Shown here: in pieces, positions 1 through 13,973 of the stretch | How the letters are laid out: every line of letters begins with the position of its first letter | Numbering within the stretch: position 1 is the first letter of the stretch | NCBI GenBank assembly: GCA_028534125.1 | Contig: CM052818.1 | Coordinates: forward strand, 38,938,001 to 39,002,000 | Source of the DNA: Lama glama | Taxonomy: Eukaryota | Length of the DNA: 64,000 nt | Direction: 5' to 3' | Position numbers and translations under genes: made by a program | The notes under the pieces: model-generated | What the model saw: only the letters and a program-made list of their open reading frames with translations | Told to the model about the DNA's origin: nothing | The model's database searches: none

Positions 1-2216
1 CACCAAGCACACTGCCTTTCCTGCAGGTGAAAAAAGACGGACAATACAGTAGCAGAAGTGCTGTGACAGAGCAGGGGACGCACCTGCGCTGCTCCACTCC
101 TGCCCCTCTTTCTTGAGATCACTAGCAAACTCCCTGAGCTGCGATCTCTTCCAACACCCTGCTGAGGATGATAGGGTTACACATGCCCAGGGTGGGCCCA
201 TGGCCCCAGCCGATGCTGTCTGGGGGGCCTCCTCTGCACCCTGCTCATGCTGGTGCTGGTCCGTCTGAATTCCCTTGGCTAACTAGTGAGACTGCGTACT
301 AATTGGTCATGAGGTCACGGACAGAGGTTGCATCGTATCAGCCTGCTGGAAAACTCATGGCTTTTTAAGCCCGATTAGTACTTTTTCCCTTTGAATTGTT
401 TATGCCTGCACTGCATTTCATCTCTGTTCTTTCAGATTTGGCAGGTAACCAACTGTACAGTCTGTGATTTCTACCATTACCCATGAAGTCAAAACTTTGA
501 ACAATTCTCCCTTGGCACAGCTTAACACACCATCAGAGAGCCCAGGCTGGCTCGTTTATGTTGGTGTTATCTTGTACGTGTAGGCTGAATCTCCATTTGG
601 GCCACAATTCTAGACTTTCTTGGAGGAAATCTGTAGCCACAAAACTGCTCAACGGAGAGGAAGGGGATAGATGGAGAGACCTTACCATTTACAGAGCCAG
701 CCTGGTTATAGGACCAGATATCACTGTTTCCCATATTTGGCTGTTATGGACGAGTGTGTATTTTACAAGTGACTTTTTTTAGCAATCATATAAATAACAC
801 TTTTTATTCTGTTGGAGTCCCATTTATAATCTCCCCACCATTAAATAGCACACACATTCCTGCATTCCTTTTAGGTGCCTCCAGAAGGTTTCAATTGTTT
901 ATCCAAAGGTTAAACAATTTCTGGAATCAAATGAAATCAATCATTAACAAAGTGATGAGAAACTTGTTTCTGGTAACATTCGTTTCTTCCCTTTTCAGGA
1001 TTGAAGGGAGAAGAAAAATAGCTCCAAGTGACAGCCAGAGGACAGGGGTTACACGGAGTCATAAAAGCCCAAGGCCTGGTCCCACAGCCCTCAGAACTGT
1101 GCCTTCTGGTAGACCATGGTCTCCAAACTGAAAAACATGGGCCGGTCGTGCCAAGCTCCCTACCTGGAATCCCAAACTGCCCAGCTTCTCCTGATGCTCC
1201 AAGCTCAGCCCATGGCAACGACCGACTGCTAAGCCCCTCCAGCTGGTCCTGGGGAGGGTGGCCAGCAGCTCTGGAAATGTGCTTCCACTACCTGCTCATC
1301 TCAGGACCCCTGGGAGTACTTCGCTGGGGACCTTGCTGGGCTGAACACACCGTGATTTCTGCTAGGGTAGGGATGTCTCTCAGTGGGTGTTGTCAGTGCC
1401 CAAAATCTGGGAACACTTTCTTAACTTCTTCGGACTCTGCCGTGGCACTGAAAACAGCTGATTACTTGTCATTGCTGCATCACACATAACCATGTCAAAA
1501 CAGAGTGATTTACCTGCTTTATTCTGAGTATCCAGGATTCTTGGACCCCCCCATGTAGCCCAGTCATTCTTTAAATGACCTTCCTCTCATTCCCCACAGC
1601 AGCTGTTCCCAATCTTTGTCACTTCCTTGGGTCTCATAGAAGTTGGTGCTCCCTAAATTTCTGTCTTTTCTTTAATCAGTTCATTCAGTCAACTACTATT
1701 TATTGAGGTCCTTATGCATGCCCAGCACCTATTAGGCCTTAGAAGCACAGCAGTGACGGAGCAGACGTGCCCTCTCTTGCTCATCATGGAGATTATGACC
1801 TGGCTTACAGTCTCCTCTCACTCCACATACTCTTCATGGACCATCTTGCTCCTTCTCCAAGGCTTCCATTGTCACCTGTACCCTGATGGCTCCCTTTACT
1901 CAGCTGCCCATAAACCCACCCACTGTGTGCCAGACTGTGTCTCATAACTGTCCTGATTTGTGGTTGGCAACAAGGAAATCAACCTCTATATAAAAAGGGA
2001 GGGTTGAGCATCACAACAATGGCTCATCCCAGAATGCCTTTATCCTGGGGATACTTGTGCTGATTCCAGCTCAGACCACCATGATGGAAACCTCAGAAGT
2101 ACTGCTTTTCTTTCCCACCTACCCAGACATGGACAATACTCTTCCCAACGAGAGCAGAGGTCTCCCTCCCTCCCCACGCCCCATCAGCACCCAGCAATAC
2201 CTTAAATTCACTTAGA

Positions 2217-2361
2217 AGTGGAGGGAGTGTATAGCTCAGTGGTAGAGTGTGTGCTTAGCATGCACAAGGTCCTGCGTTCAGTCCCCACTACCTCCATTAA
2301 AAGACATAAATAAGTAAACATAATCACCTCTCCTTCCAAATTTTTTTTAATATTAAAAAAA
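2217..2361 (+). mobile_element. tRNA-derived SINE (camelid Vic-1-like)
   Basis: A box TAGCTCAGTGGTAGAG, degenerate B box and A-rich tail. TSD aaattcacttaga at 2204-2216 and 2362-2374. Confidence 0.9.
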
Positions 2362-2439
2362 AAATTCACTTAGAGTGGTTCCTCAAAGAGAAGAAGGAGC
2401 CCCTTTTTCCTGTTGCCTAAGGTGTACTTGCTGAGACCA

Positions 2440-2828
2440 CAGTTCCTGTTTCAGGAAGTGCTTCTTGATGTGATGAAGCAAGCTTCCATGTTGGACTGTC
2501 CCATGGAGAGACCCACATGGCAAGGAGGGTGGCCAGCAGCCCTGGAATGTGTCTCCACTACCTGCTCAAAGGAGGCCTCAGCCAGGGAGGAACTGAATCC
2601 TGCTAGCAGCCATATGAGTGAGCCAGGGAGCAGACCCTTCCCCAGTCGAGCCTGGAGATAAACCCAACCCCAGACAACACCTTGATTACAGATTTAAGAA
2701 AACCCTGAGCCAGAGGACTCAGCTGAGCTGTTCCTGGACTCCTGACTCACAGAAACAGTAAAGTCATAGGTGTTCTAAACCACCAAGTTTGGGGATAATT
2801 TGTTATATAACAATAGATAACTAACACA
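2440..2828 (+). mobile_element. MaLR LTR (MLT1 family) fragment
   Basis: Typical MLT1 motifs: cccacatggcaagg, gaggaactgaatcctgc, and the terminus tgttatataacaatagataactaaca. Confidence 0.75.
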
Positions 2829-4054
2829 GACATAAACAATACACATAAAGAGCTTAGATCAGTGCCCGCTCACTAGTCAGCAAATATTATCTATTGTCAT
2901 CATCACCATCATCATGACTTGTTTAGACATACATAGAGACTGAAAGCTCTGTGAGGGGAGGGACCACACCTGCCAGTTTGTCTACTGGGTCCCCAGCTTC
3001 TAGCACAGTGCCAGGCGCAGAGTCCTTTAGTCAACAATAGATATTTGGAAGGAATGAACTGGGGCCTTCCAGATTCTTTCCTCCCAGGCCAGGAAACGGG
3101 CTGCTGAGAGTCGAGGAAGCAGACTGCATGCCCAGTTTCTCGCTTCAGCCAGAAGACAGACCAAGTAGAGTGATTAAGGTTCTGTCCCCCGAGAGGCTGG
3201 CGTACAAGGTGCCTTTGTGGGGCCTCAGCCTCCTTGAGACCAGGCTGCATGTTTCCCAGGAGCACAGTTATCACAAAGCAGGCCCTTGTGTCCTCCCCGC
3301 ATCCCTGGGAAGCACAGAGAAAACAATGAAAGCATCATCACCAACCTTCTCTCCTGGCCAGCGGGTAGACAGGGAGGGCCGGGGAGAGGCTGTGTTTGAC
3401 TTGGCTGGGTAACACCATTTTTCTTGACTGAAGAAATGTATGCCAGAGGGGCTAAAAGTAGAAAGTAGTTCTCACCCAAGACAGCTTTATTTCCCAGAGG
3501 CCGGGCCCCACAGTAATACAAAGAAGCTGTATCTCCCATCTGCACATCACTCACTCCTGCTTTAAGACTCAGCTCAAATGTCTCCTCCTCCATGAGGCCC
3601 TCCTCAACTTCCCCTGGGCTCCTGTGGTGCCCTGGGCCTAATGCGTCCATTTGAGCATGCTGGGTGAATGCATTCCCAGAACTGCCTGGCCCACCAGGGC
3701 AAGGACTGTCCTATTTGCTTTTGTATCCCTTGTCTCAGCAGAGCTGACAAAGGAGGTGTCGATGCTAAATGAGTTCCAGTGTGCTGTTGCACCCTAAATT
3801 CAGGCGTGCCAGAAATAAACCTCTAGAAGGGCATTAAACCCCCTTTTGCACAGGAACGTGGAGAAGAAAATACAGGGGTCATGTGTGGTTCATCCTGGAA
3901 GGAAAACTCTCTGAAAGTGCTGCTCTCCCTAAGGCAGGGAAGGACGCAAGGACCACAGGGCACTACACCTCAGCCTAGAGAATGGGATTTACCTTCCTCC
4001 TGAAGCGACCTCCCTCCTCTGTGCACTGACGAGGACTCTCCCTTAGTCTAAGCC

Positions 4055-4208
4055 AGCAGTTCTCAAAGTGTGGTCCCTAGACCAGCAGCATCAGCATCAC
4101 TTGTTCCCGCCCAGACCTACTGATCAGACTGGAAACTAGGCCCAGCCATCTGTGATTTAACCAGCCCTCCATGTGACTCTAATACATGCTTAAGTTTGAA
4201 AACCACTG
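4055..4208. mobile_element. MER5A-like hAT DNA transposon
   Basis: Termini cagcagttctcaaagtgtggtcc ... tttgaaaaccactg with NTCTAAGN-type flanks. Confidence 0.8.
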
Positions 4209-6089
4209 TTCTAAGTACACTGAAACACATGTGAAAAAGACCTTAGAAATACAATCCAGATTGATTTAAAATTAAGATTAAACAAGAACCCAAGCCAATG
4301 CCCCTTGTTATGAAATTCCCAGGATCAATGAAACACCCAACTGTTCTCCACGAAACCATTCAACAGGCAATTAAATGAACTCAGCACATTTATTTTAAAT
4401 GTGTAAAATGAATTCTCATATCCTAAGAGTAACACCAGATGTTTTACCTCTTTTTTTCTAATTGATTTTCCAGCCTACAGTAATTCGTCTTTATATTTTC
4501 CAGTTGGATCTAATACAGCAAGAAGAGTGTTCCAGCAGGATTATTAAATGCCATGCATTTTAAAACAAGCATAATTCATGTTGCCATGTGTCATTTGGGT
4601 AGTTGTCTTCCTAAAATTAAAAAAAAAAAAAAACCAAACAGACAGCTGTAGGTACCAGGCAGATTGGAGCAGGCAGGAAACCCAGAAAAGGCCCTTTCAG
4701 GGGACTGCGTCTTCAGGCTCTTGGCTGGTTGCAAAGCTGAGTCCTGGGCATTAAGCCCAAGCCTGCACTCCCTGGTACCAAAGGATTTGCTAGCTGTGAA
4801 ATCTGCAAATCAACATTTCATTTTTCAATGGAAAGTTTTGTCTTTAAAATGAAGAGGAAGAAGTAGGCTGGGGGATGGAGGTGAGTGGAACTGAGGAAAG
4901 GATGGGGCAGTGGCTCAGAGAAGCCACCTGGGTGGAACCGCTCCTTGCTCCGTACCTAGAACAGCCCGGACAATTCCCCTCTATTGGCCAATGAGCCTGG
5001 CTGTGCAGGAGGCCCTGTGACTAATGTGGTGTTTTGGTTTTTTTAAGTAGGTGAATAGTCACCAGCAACCAGGTTTGCCTCACGAAACAAAAGCTCTTGG
5101 GAGTTTGGGGAAAGACGAAGAAACCAGAAACCTCAAGCTTTAAAGCAAACAGCAAACAGCTTCAAAAGGGACCTTCTTGTTTCTGCTCCTGGGGGTGGCT
5201 GGTGGGGGCAACTAAGGTCTAGAAACTCAAAGTGTTGATTCCAAAAACAAAAACCACACGTCTTAGGTAGTTGGGAAAGGTTGGCACTGTCTACCACCTT
5301 CCCTAGAAACTGCTGAGAGCTGGCAGGTTTGAGTCATCGTAACTGTAGCAAGATTTTACTGTGGTCTCCAAGGATAAATCTGCCTGTCTGGCTCTGAGTC
5401 CCACTGTAGCAGGCTATGTGTCTGAAATTAGAGCTCATCATGATCACGTCTCAAAGCCTGGCTGCTCCAACTTCAAATAACCACCACCCAAAACCTCTAG
5501 TGTTCTGTCTGTAATGCGGCCACTCTTGGTACTTAGAATGAAGCATTCTAGGTTCTGCACAGACACACATTCAGATGAAAGTTTAATAATAGAACAATCA
5601 GCTCCTAATTTGGACTCTTCCCCAACTTCCCCCCAGGAGCTCCAGCCCCAAAGATAACTTATCATCTCCTAGGTACTATGAAACCCCTTAAGGATCTGAA
5701 GGGAACTCAGTAACCAGCCTTCTAGAGAATCTGGCCGCACACCCATGATAAACAATAACAAAAGTTATCTAAATCCTTCCCATTTCAAAGAATAGGAAGT
5801 AAAGGCCCTGTAACACACTTAAGACACAAGTGTTTAAGACACACAGACAATACATATTAGGTCAAAGGTTTTGGCACCGAGTGCCTGGGTAACCTCCAGG
5901 CCTGGGACAAGAGCAACCTGGTCTCCTACAGCCACCCAACTCCCACATGTCCCTCCTACCCCCCACCAAAGGAATTTCATTCCCATTTCCCACAAACACT
6001 GTAAGGTGGGGCCTCACCTGGCAGAATTATTCCCTTGCCCCCAAATTCACAAAAGTATTTTTACACGCTATTAAACCACAGGAGCCATT

Positions 6090-7561
6090 TTATAAATGTC
6101 ATCATCATAGTCTTTTAATATTTTACATAAAAAACTGTATACACAGCTTATAGAACTTTTATGTAAACATCATAAGCTCACCACTTTGTCATTTGTCAGT
6201 TTATTTAAAAAATAAAAAACAAGACAACAATTTAGTAGAAGTACCACTGGGTGGGGAAGGGAAGGGGAGAAAGGAGACACTAGGGGCAGGTTCGTTCTCT
6301 GTACAGAGATGCAGAGAAAATTTCACACAGCTTTAGAGACTGCCTTGTGGGAAAAAAAATGGTTTTAGATAGGCCCTAATATTTGTTACTGCCCTTTTAT
6401 CAAAATAGTGCGCAGACCTGCACAAGTAAATCACAGAACAGAACAGTGTTGCCACTTTTTCAAGAAAAGAAAAAATTAGTGGTTTCTTTTTCTTCTCCCT
6501 TTTAAGTCACCATCATTTTTAAAAAAAACATCAGAAGTAGATGAGGTTACAGTGTACGAGTGTGGTCAGAATGCTACCGCCTTTTGCAAATGACAAGTGC
6601 ATTAAGTGTCAAACAATGAAACAATTGTGCAAAGAATTCTTTCCAAAATAAAACAATAAACAAAAACAAGATTTAGCCTTTAAATAAATCAAATAACATC
6701 AGTTTCTTGGACTGAACAACTTTCACTTGTAGGACAGGCACAAAGTTCTCTTATGGCAAAAACAACCTGCAGCACACGCACCCTCCTCCTGCCTGTGGCT
6801 AGTGAGGGGTTCACCAGGGCCTGGCTTGCAGGAGACGTGAGTCTGGAAGCTGTCCTCTTAGCCCCAAGTCGGCTGCAAATGTCTTCCCCGGGGGTTGGAA
6901 AGATGGCCAAGTCTTGTTCGTGCTTGGATGGACGCTGGCTGTCCCAGACTGGGCCTGGTCTGTTCTAGCGCCCTGTCACTCCACCCACCACCACCATTAA
7001 ATAACACCATCCTACCTCTGAAAATAAAATTATATCTATATTTATATAACACCCCATCCTCCCCAGCCCTCCCCTCCCGCAGTTCCCGTGGTCTATGTTA
7101 CAGACAGGGGATAGCAGGCGCTCGCTGGTTATGGGCGAACATCTGATGGGGCGCGGCCGCATCCCGGCGCCAAGCTTGTCTCGGGGAGCAGAGGCAGAAG
7201 TGGGGTGAAAACGAGGTGGGGGCGGGGGGGTCGAACAAACACACAGCCACACACTCTGAAGAGGCTTGGCTTTTCAGATAAGGGTGTTCAGGGGACCCTT
7301 GGCACTCAGCGGGGCGCCCAGGCCTGTGCAACACAGCCGGACGCACACAGACACTTGGAAAGGGGGCGCCCAGTGCCTACCACGCCGATTCCCGGCGCCA
7401 GAGCCAGCGCCTCCAGGCCACGGCTGCAGGGCCGGAAGGCAGACGCCAGGCAGTCCGGTGGGGTCCTTGGGGGGCGCAGGTCTCCCCTTCTCCGGGCTCG
7501 TGGGGAACGGGCCCGGGAGGGGGGGCCGTGCCGGCAGGGGCAGGAAGGGCGGGCACGGCCC
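6090..7561 (-). other. RHOB: RHOB 3'UTR with two candidate poly(A) signals
   Basis: Repeat-free, AU-rich sequence after the stop. Minus-strand AATAAA at 6200-6205 and ATTAAA at 6114-6119. The 3' end is inferred. Confidence 0.8.
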
Positions 7562-8152
7562 TCATAGCACCTTGCAGCAGTTGATGCAGCCGTTCTGGGA
7601 GCCGTAGCGCTTCTGCAGCGCGGCGCGCGTGGCCGTCTCGAAGACCTCGCGCACGCCCTCCTTGGTCTTGGCCGAGCACTCGAGGTAGTCGTAGGCTTGG
7701 ATCCGCACGGCCATGGCGCGGCCGTCATCCGTGCGCACCGGTTCCTGCTTCATGCGGGCCAGCTCTGTGCGGACATGTTCGTCGCTGCGCAGGTCTTTCT
7801 TGTTGGCCACCAGGATGATGGGCACGTTGGGGCAGAAGTGCTTCACCTCAGGCACCCATTTCTCGGGGATGTTCTCCAGCGAATCCGGGCTGTCCACTGA
7901 GAAGCACATGAGGATCACGTCGGTGTCCGGGTAGGAGAGCGGCCGCAGGCGGTCGTAGTCCTCCTGGCCTGCCGTATCCCACAGCGCCAGCTCCACCTGC
8001 TTGCCGTCCACCTCGATGTCGGCCACATAGTTCTCGAAGACGGTGGGCACGTATACCTCCGGGAACTCGTCCTTACTGAACACGATCAGCAGGCACGTCT
8101 TGCCACACGCGCCGTCGCCCACCACCACCAGCTTCTTGCGGATGGCCGCCAT
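7562..8152 (-). CDS. RHOB: Rho-related GTP-binding protein RhoB, 196 aa, intronless
   Basis: Translates [19 protein letters not shown]...[16 protein letters not shown]...[17 protein letters not shown]. It has the P-loop, the switch regions and the RhoB-specific CKVL CAAX box. ATG at 8150-8152, TGA at 7562-7564. Confidence 0.99.
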
Positions 8153-8519
8153 GAGCGGGCCGGGCCCGGGCAGCAAGAGGGGGCCCGCGAACGCCTCGCT
8201 GCCGTCCCGCTCGCCGCTCACTGCTCACCTCTGGCAGCCCGCTTGGGGAAAGGGGTCGCTAGGTGCACCCAGGCCCCGGAGTGGCGCGTTCTCTCGCTGT
8301 GCTCAGTCTGCCGCGGCGGGGTCGGTGGGGACGCGGGGGCATAAGGCGCACCGTGCGTCTCGGCGCTGCTCCCGGGCGGTGGCCGCTCTCGTCTTCCCAG
8401 GTCGCGGCCTTTGTGCGCAAACTGTGGCCAGAGCAGTCGACCCGACCTAACTCGCTCCTAGCTCTCTCTACCCCGCCAAAGGTTCAGGAGAGCGGAATAT
8501 AACAGCCGGACTGCGGTGG

Positions 8520-8720
8520 CAGATGCAGGCTGCGGCCCTAGCGCCCGCTATTTAAGGAGTTCTGCCACTTTCTTAATATAGCCGCCCAATGGGAAGCGAG
8601 CCGGCTGAGCTCATCTCTGCGGAGCTTGGCTCTGATTGGCTGTCGGCTGCAGCCCAGGGGCGGGGTCGGGCGGACTTGATTGACGGCCCAGGCCGCGGGG
8701 CTGGGAGAGGCGATGACTGG
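8520..8720 (-). promoter_or_regulatory. RHOB: RHOB proximal promoter (TATA-like elements, CCAAT boxes, GC box)
   Basis: Minus-strand TTAAATAG (8548-8555) and TATATTAA (8574-8581), an inverted CCAAT at 8586-8590, CCAATC at 8634-8639 and a GGGCGGGG GC box near 8657. TSS inferred near 8524 from the TATA spacing. Confidence 0.8.
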
Positions 8721-11270
8721 GGAGTCTGCGCCGCTGCTGGCGCTGCGGGGCTCTGGCGGCTCCAGGGTTCTGTCCGCCGCAGCCTCTGCACGCGGGGCTG
8801 GAGGCCCGGAGCTAGCTGCCCGGATCCCGCGGGGGCTGGACGAGCCGTTCCGAGACAGGCGGCACTTAGTGGGGGCGTTGACGACTCCCTCCCCACTCAG
8901 AATTGGCCCACTTGCTTCGCAAACTCTCAGCGGGTGGTCGGACCTGTGGGGGAAGAAGCGGCTCCTTTAACAGGGTTTTGTTTTTAAATAAACACACACA
9001 CCGGTTGTTTCCAAGCAAGGGTATTTTTTTTCCCCGCTTTCTTTTAGAAGCGGCCCCTCCCCTGGTCTAGTCTGCCACCGCCATCTCTCCACCTAGGCAC
9101 TCGCCCTGGGGAAGCCCTGGGTTTGGATTTGTGAGGCGGGAGGCTGACTGTAAACTGGATGGGCCTGGGCCGAGGCCCTGGCTCTTTCAAGTCCTTTCGC
9201 CCAACTCTCTTCTCGGTATCTAGCCTAGGTCTCTAGGTGAAGATTAGGGGAAGGAGGAACAGTGAAAAGGGAAGGTTGAGACTGGTTGCAGAACTTAAGG
9301 TCCACTTGGAGAAAGTCAGCAGGCAGAAAAAAGGCAGCTTCAGCCCTGGTTTGCAGGATTAATTCGGATCCTGGTCATAAGGCCGAGAACTGTCTGAAGT
9401 AAAAGTACAAATGTAAAAGTACATTAAAAATCTAACCACCCCACTCCATATTGGGCAGGAAGGAGATGAGGCCCCGGCGAGTGAGGGGAGAACCTTGCAG
9501 GCTGAGACGCAATAAATTAGTATCTGGTAGGGTGCTAGATCCCCAGTCTCCTGCTACCCACCAGGACTCAATTCATCCATTCCGCCTCAACTGCAGGAGA
9601 TGACACCTATGTCTGATCTAGAAAGACCTAGGTCAGTGGATTTCAATGGACAAAAGAGATAGGAAAGGAGATGGAAGGAGGGAGGACCTTCCAGGAAAGA
9701 GGCACAGCTTAAACAAAAGCAGAGATGTGGGAAAGCGTATGACACATTCTAGTAACAGGGACTAGCTTAGTGTGACTGCCTTTGATGGAGGGAAGGAGTT
9801 GAAACTCAGTTTGGGCCCAATCATGGAAAAGCGAAGTACCAACTACACAGATTGGGTGGGCCATGTCCATTCTGGGGGCAGTGGGATGATTATTAGTTTT
9901 TCAACAAAGTAGAGACCCACTGCATCGTGATGCGGTGATTGCCTCATATTTCTACCTCCCTGTCTGACTGGAAGCTGTTAGAGAGCCAGGATTCTTTTTT
10001 TTTTTTAATTGAAAAAGATTCTTTTTTTTTTTTTAAAGATTCTGTCTTAATGTCAGTATCTTGAAGACCCAACACAATGCCTGCCCCTATTCGAGAATCA
10101 GTAAATGACTGTGGAGAATTCACTTAAAATGCTCAGGAACTCAGGTGAAACTTTCTGGGGGTCTCTTACCTCAAACTCCAGACCCAGCTTTACCAATCAT
10201 CCAGCCAAGCCCAGGCTGCCAGCTGTAACTGAGCCATAATGTTTTCATTTATGATTCACATGTTGAGATGTGGGTCTCTACATGGACATCACAGATATAA
10301 TCAGGTCAAATAAGACATCAGTGCCACTAACCCCCAGAGCCCATCCTCATTCACACAACCAAAAGTGCTTCCCTCACATTGGATGAGCTCCACATTATAA
10401 TGCCAGCATCTCTGGTTTTTGATTTTGTTGGTTTTTTTTTTTTTTGGTCATTTGTTTAAGGCTCCAATCCAGTAACTTTTTTTTTCTTTTTTAAATTTTA
10501 GTCTGTTAGAAAAATCTTATCTAAATTTTTTTTCCTTTAGTCAAAACCTTTTATAGCTGTATTGTTAACACTGCTTTCCTTCGTCTTAATATAGCTTGGG
10601 AATCTTGGCTATGTCCTTAAGCTTCAAATATTAAGAAAATATCAAACAATTAAAGCTTTGTTTTATGTATTTTTTAAAAAACTGAAATACAAAGAATCAG
10701 GAAGAGTGATTCAATTCACTCATTTCCTGACTCTCAAGCATATTATATGAGGTGTTCCGAGCTTGACTCTCAATATCACAATAATTTCTAAAAATATTCA
10801 GTTGGCAAATTATGCCAAAGTAAACAAGTAGAAAAATCCATGTTCTGCAGCAACTTCTTTTCATGGTATTCATTTTTTATGTCCAGGATACTTTGACAAG
10901 CTCTGGGGAGATGGGCTGCTTCACTCACTGGATAAACCACTCGCTGGATAAGCTTTTCCAGACTAGGTAATGTGCCTAACAGTCTCCTCCCTGCCTCTCC
11001 TCTCCCTTTACGATACACTTGCAAAGGGCAAGGGTAAGATCGAATCATCTAGGAGAATAAATCATTTTAATAGTTAACTTTATTAACATAGAGATTCACA
11101 GATATCCCTAGTGAGAGAGGGAAATATCCTTCAGACAAAAGGGAGACGTTAATCTACCTCCAATCTTCAGCGTAATTTGTTTGGTCTTTTTTTTGTCTAG
11201 TGTCTCCTACAGATCTGTAAATCCCAGCTCCTAGTAGACAAGTCCAGAGACTGGAATGGTCATTAGATTT

Positions 11271-11289
11271 TAGTGCCACCTTGTGGCAA
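11271..11289 (-). promoter_or_regulatory. CTCF-like motif
   Basis: Minus strand reads TTGCCACAAGGTGGCACTA, close to the CTCF core CCASYAGRKGGCRS. Confidence 0.6.
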
Positions 11290-12380
11290 TCTTTACAACA
11301 TTTTAACTTAAAATATAAAAATATATAATTATATATAAAACGTTTTATAAATATTTTCTATATATGATATATATGATTATATAAAACCTTATCTAGGCAA
11401 AAAACATGCATTTTATAACTATTTTTATTTTAACATCTATCACAGAATGTAAAATCCCTACTTGTTTTATAAGTAGCTTCTTTAGAAATTCTTCACATAT
11501 ATATTTATACACACATGTAACTTTTTTCATATACACTTAAAAAAATTAATTCCTTCCTAGTCACATAGTAGCTTCTGAAAGAGATTAGAAGAACAGCTGT
11601 GGAAACTTACTAATTTATATAACAATGGACTTTCTTTAACCTAATTATAATGTAGAGAAATGTAAAACAATTTTAACCACAAAAATCATCTGCTTTCTTT
11701 CCCCAGCTAGAAAAAAGTCACTATTGGATATTCTGGTAAAATTAGAAGTAATAATAATTCACTTACTAAGAAGACTTTACTGGAAACCGGCTATACCATA
11801 GACGTTCCTGGCAGTCATTTGATTTTTAAATATTTCTAATTAAAAAATAGTTTAAGGTCCCTAGGAAAGTTGCTAACCTTCTATCTCAGTGCAATGAGTT
11901 TTATAAAGGAAGACGCTCTTCTTGATCTAGCCATGGTATTTCACATGGAAAAACTAAAGTGATCCCTTCTGGTCCATTTGGGACCAGCCATGAGTTACAT
12001 AGCTGAGCCTTCAAACTGCTTTCTGGGGTCTCCAGCTATAAGCCATAGAATTCAAACACCCCTCCTTGTCCCATGATTGTGACCCAGTTTGACCCAGGCC
12101 TAAGAGAGAGAGGCTGGGCCCACAGAAGAACCACCGTAGCCAAACTGTTAAACTTCAGAATGTGGGCATTGAACTCTGATCAGACCCCATGTCTTCCAGC
12201 CCAGGGTCAGGCCAGGGGAAGCAGCAGTGGGCAATAGGGCAGCTCCTGATTGCTCTAAAATTGCATTGTCCAATCCAGTAGCCAATAGCCACGTGTGCAA
12301 TGCTGCTGGTCCCACTGAAGAACTAAGTTTTTTATGTTATCTGATTTGATTAATTTAAATTTAAGTTTAAAAACTGATAT

Positions 12381-12631
12381 TCAAGGTGGGGGAAATGGGG
12401 AGCTGTTGGTCAAAGAGCACAAACTTCCAGTTACAAGATGAGTAAGTTGTAGGGCTCTGATGTACAGCATGGTGGTCATAGTTAATAAAACTGTATTATA
12501 TATTTGTGGCTATGGTGGTAATCATTTTGCAATACATAAGAGCATCAACTCAACACCACTGTTGGACACCTTAACCTTACACAACGTTATGTGTCAATTA
12601 TATCTCAAAAAAGCTGGAGAAAGAAAGAATT
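12381..12631 (+). mobile_element. Older L1 (L1MA/MB-type) 3' end fragment
   Basis: gtacagcatggtg...tatgtgtcaattatatctcaaaaaagctgg. Flanked by aaaactgatat / aatactgatat, which is TSD-like. Confidence 0.75.
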
Positions 12632-12986
12632 AATACTGATATGGACCATCACATTTTTAATTAAAAAATTAATAAAAGCTAATATTCAAGTTATTGGGAA
12701 ACATTTATGTATGTTTGAAACAACTAGAGTATGTGAAGCTACTTTTTCTTACTGGGAATTTTTTGAATTGAGTATTTTTAATGAAAATTTAGTATCCGAA
12801 TTGAGATGTGCTGTAACTACACAATAAACATTAGAATTTAAAGATGTAGTTTGGAAAACTTGTAAAATAGTTCATGAATAATTTTTATATCCATTACATG
12901 TTAATATGATAATATTTTGGATATAGTGGATTTTTAAAAATATGAGATTGAATATGTTATATATTTGGATATTTAATTAAAATTAA

Positions 12987-13973
<987 letters not shown>

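Larger units (their letters stand above)
7100..8970. promoter_or_regulatory. CpG island over the RHOB promoter and gene body
   Basis: Very high GC and CpG density compared with the CpG-depleted flanks. Confidence 0.9.

Noticed and set aside
2217..2300. tRNA-Ala-like genes (also at 29.2k, 44.0k and 53.0k)
   Set aside because: A-rich tails, TSDs and broken acceptor stems mark them as SINEs.
8153..8221. 23-aa N-terminal extension of RHOB in the ORF track
   Set aside because: It starts at GTG. The canonical 196-aa RhoB begins at ATG 8152, and nothing supports use of the near-cognate start.
7098..8987. Many overlapping ORFs around RHOB
   Set aside because: Expected from stop-codon scarcity in a GC-rich CpG island.
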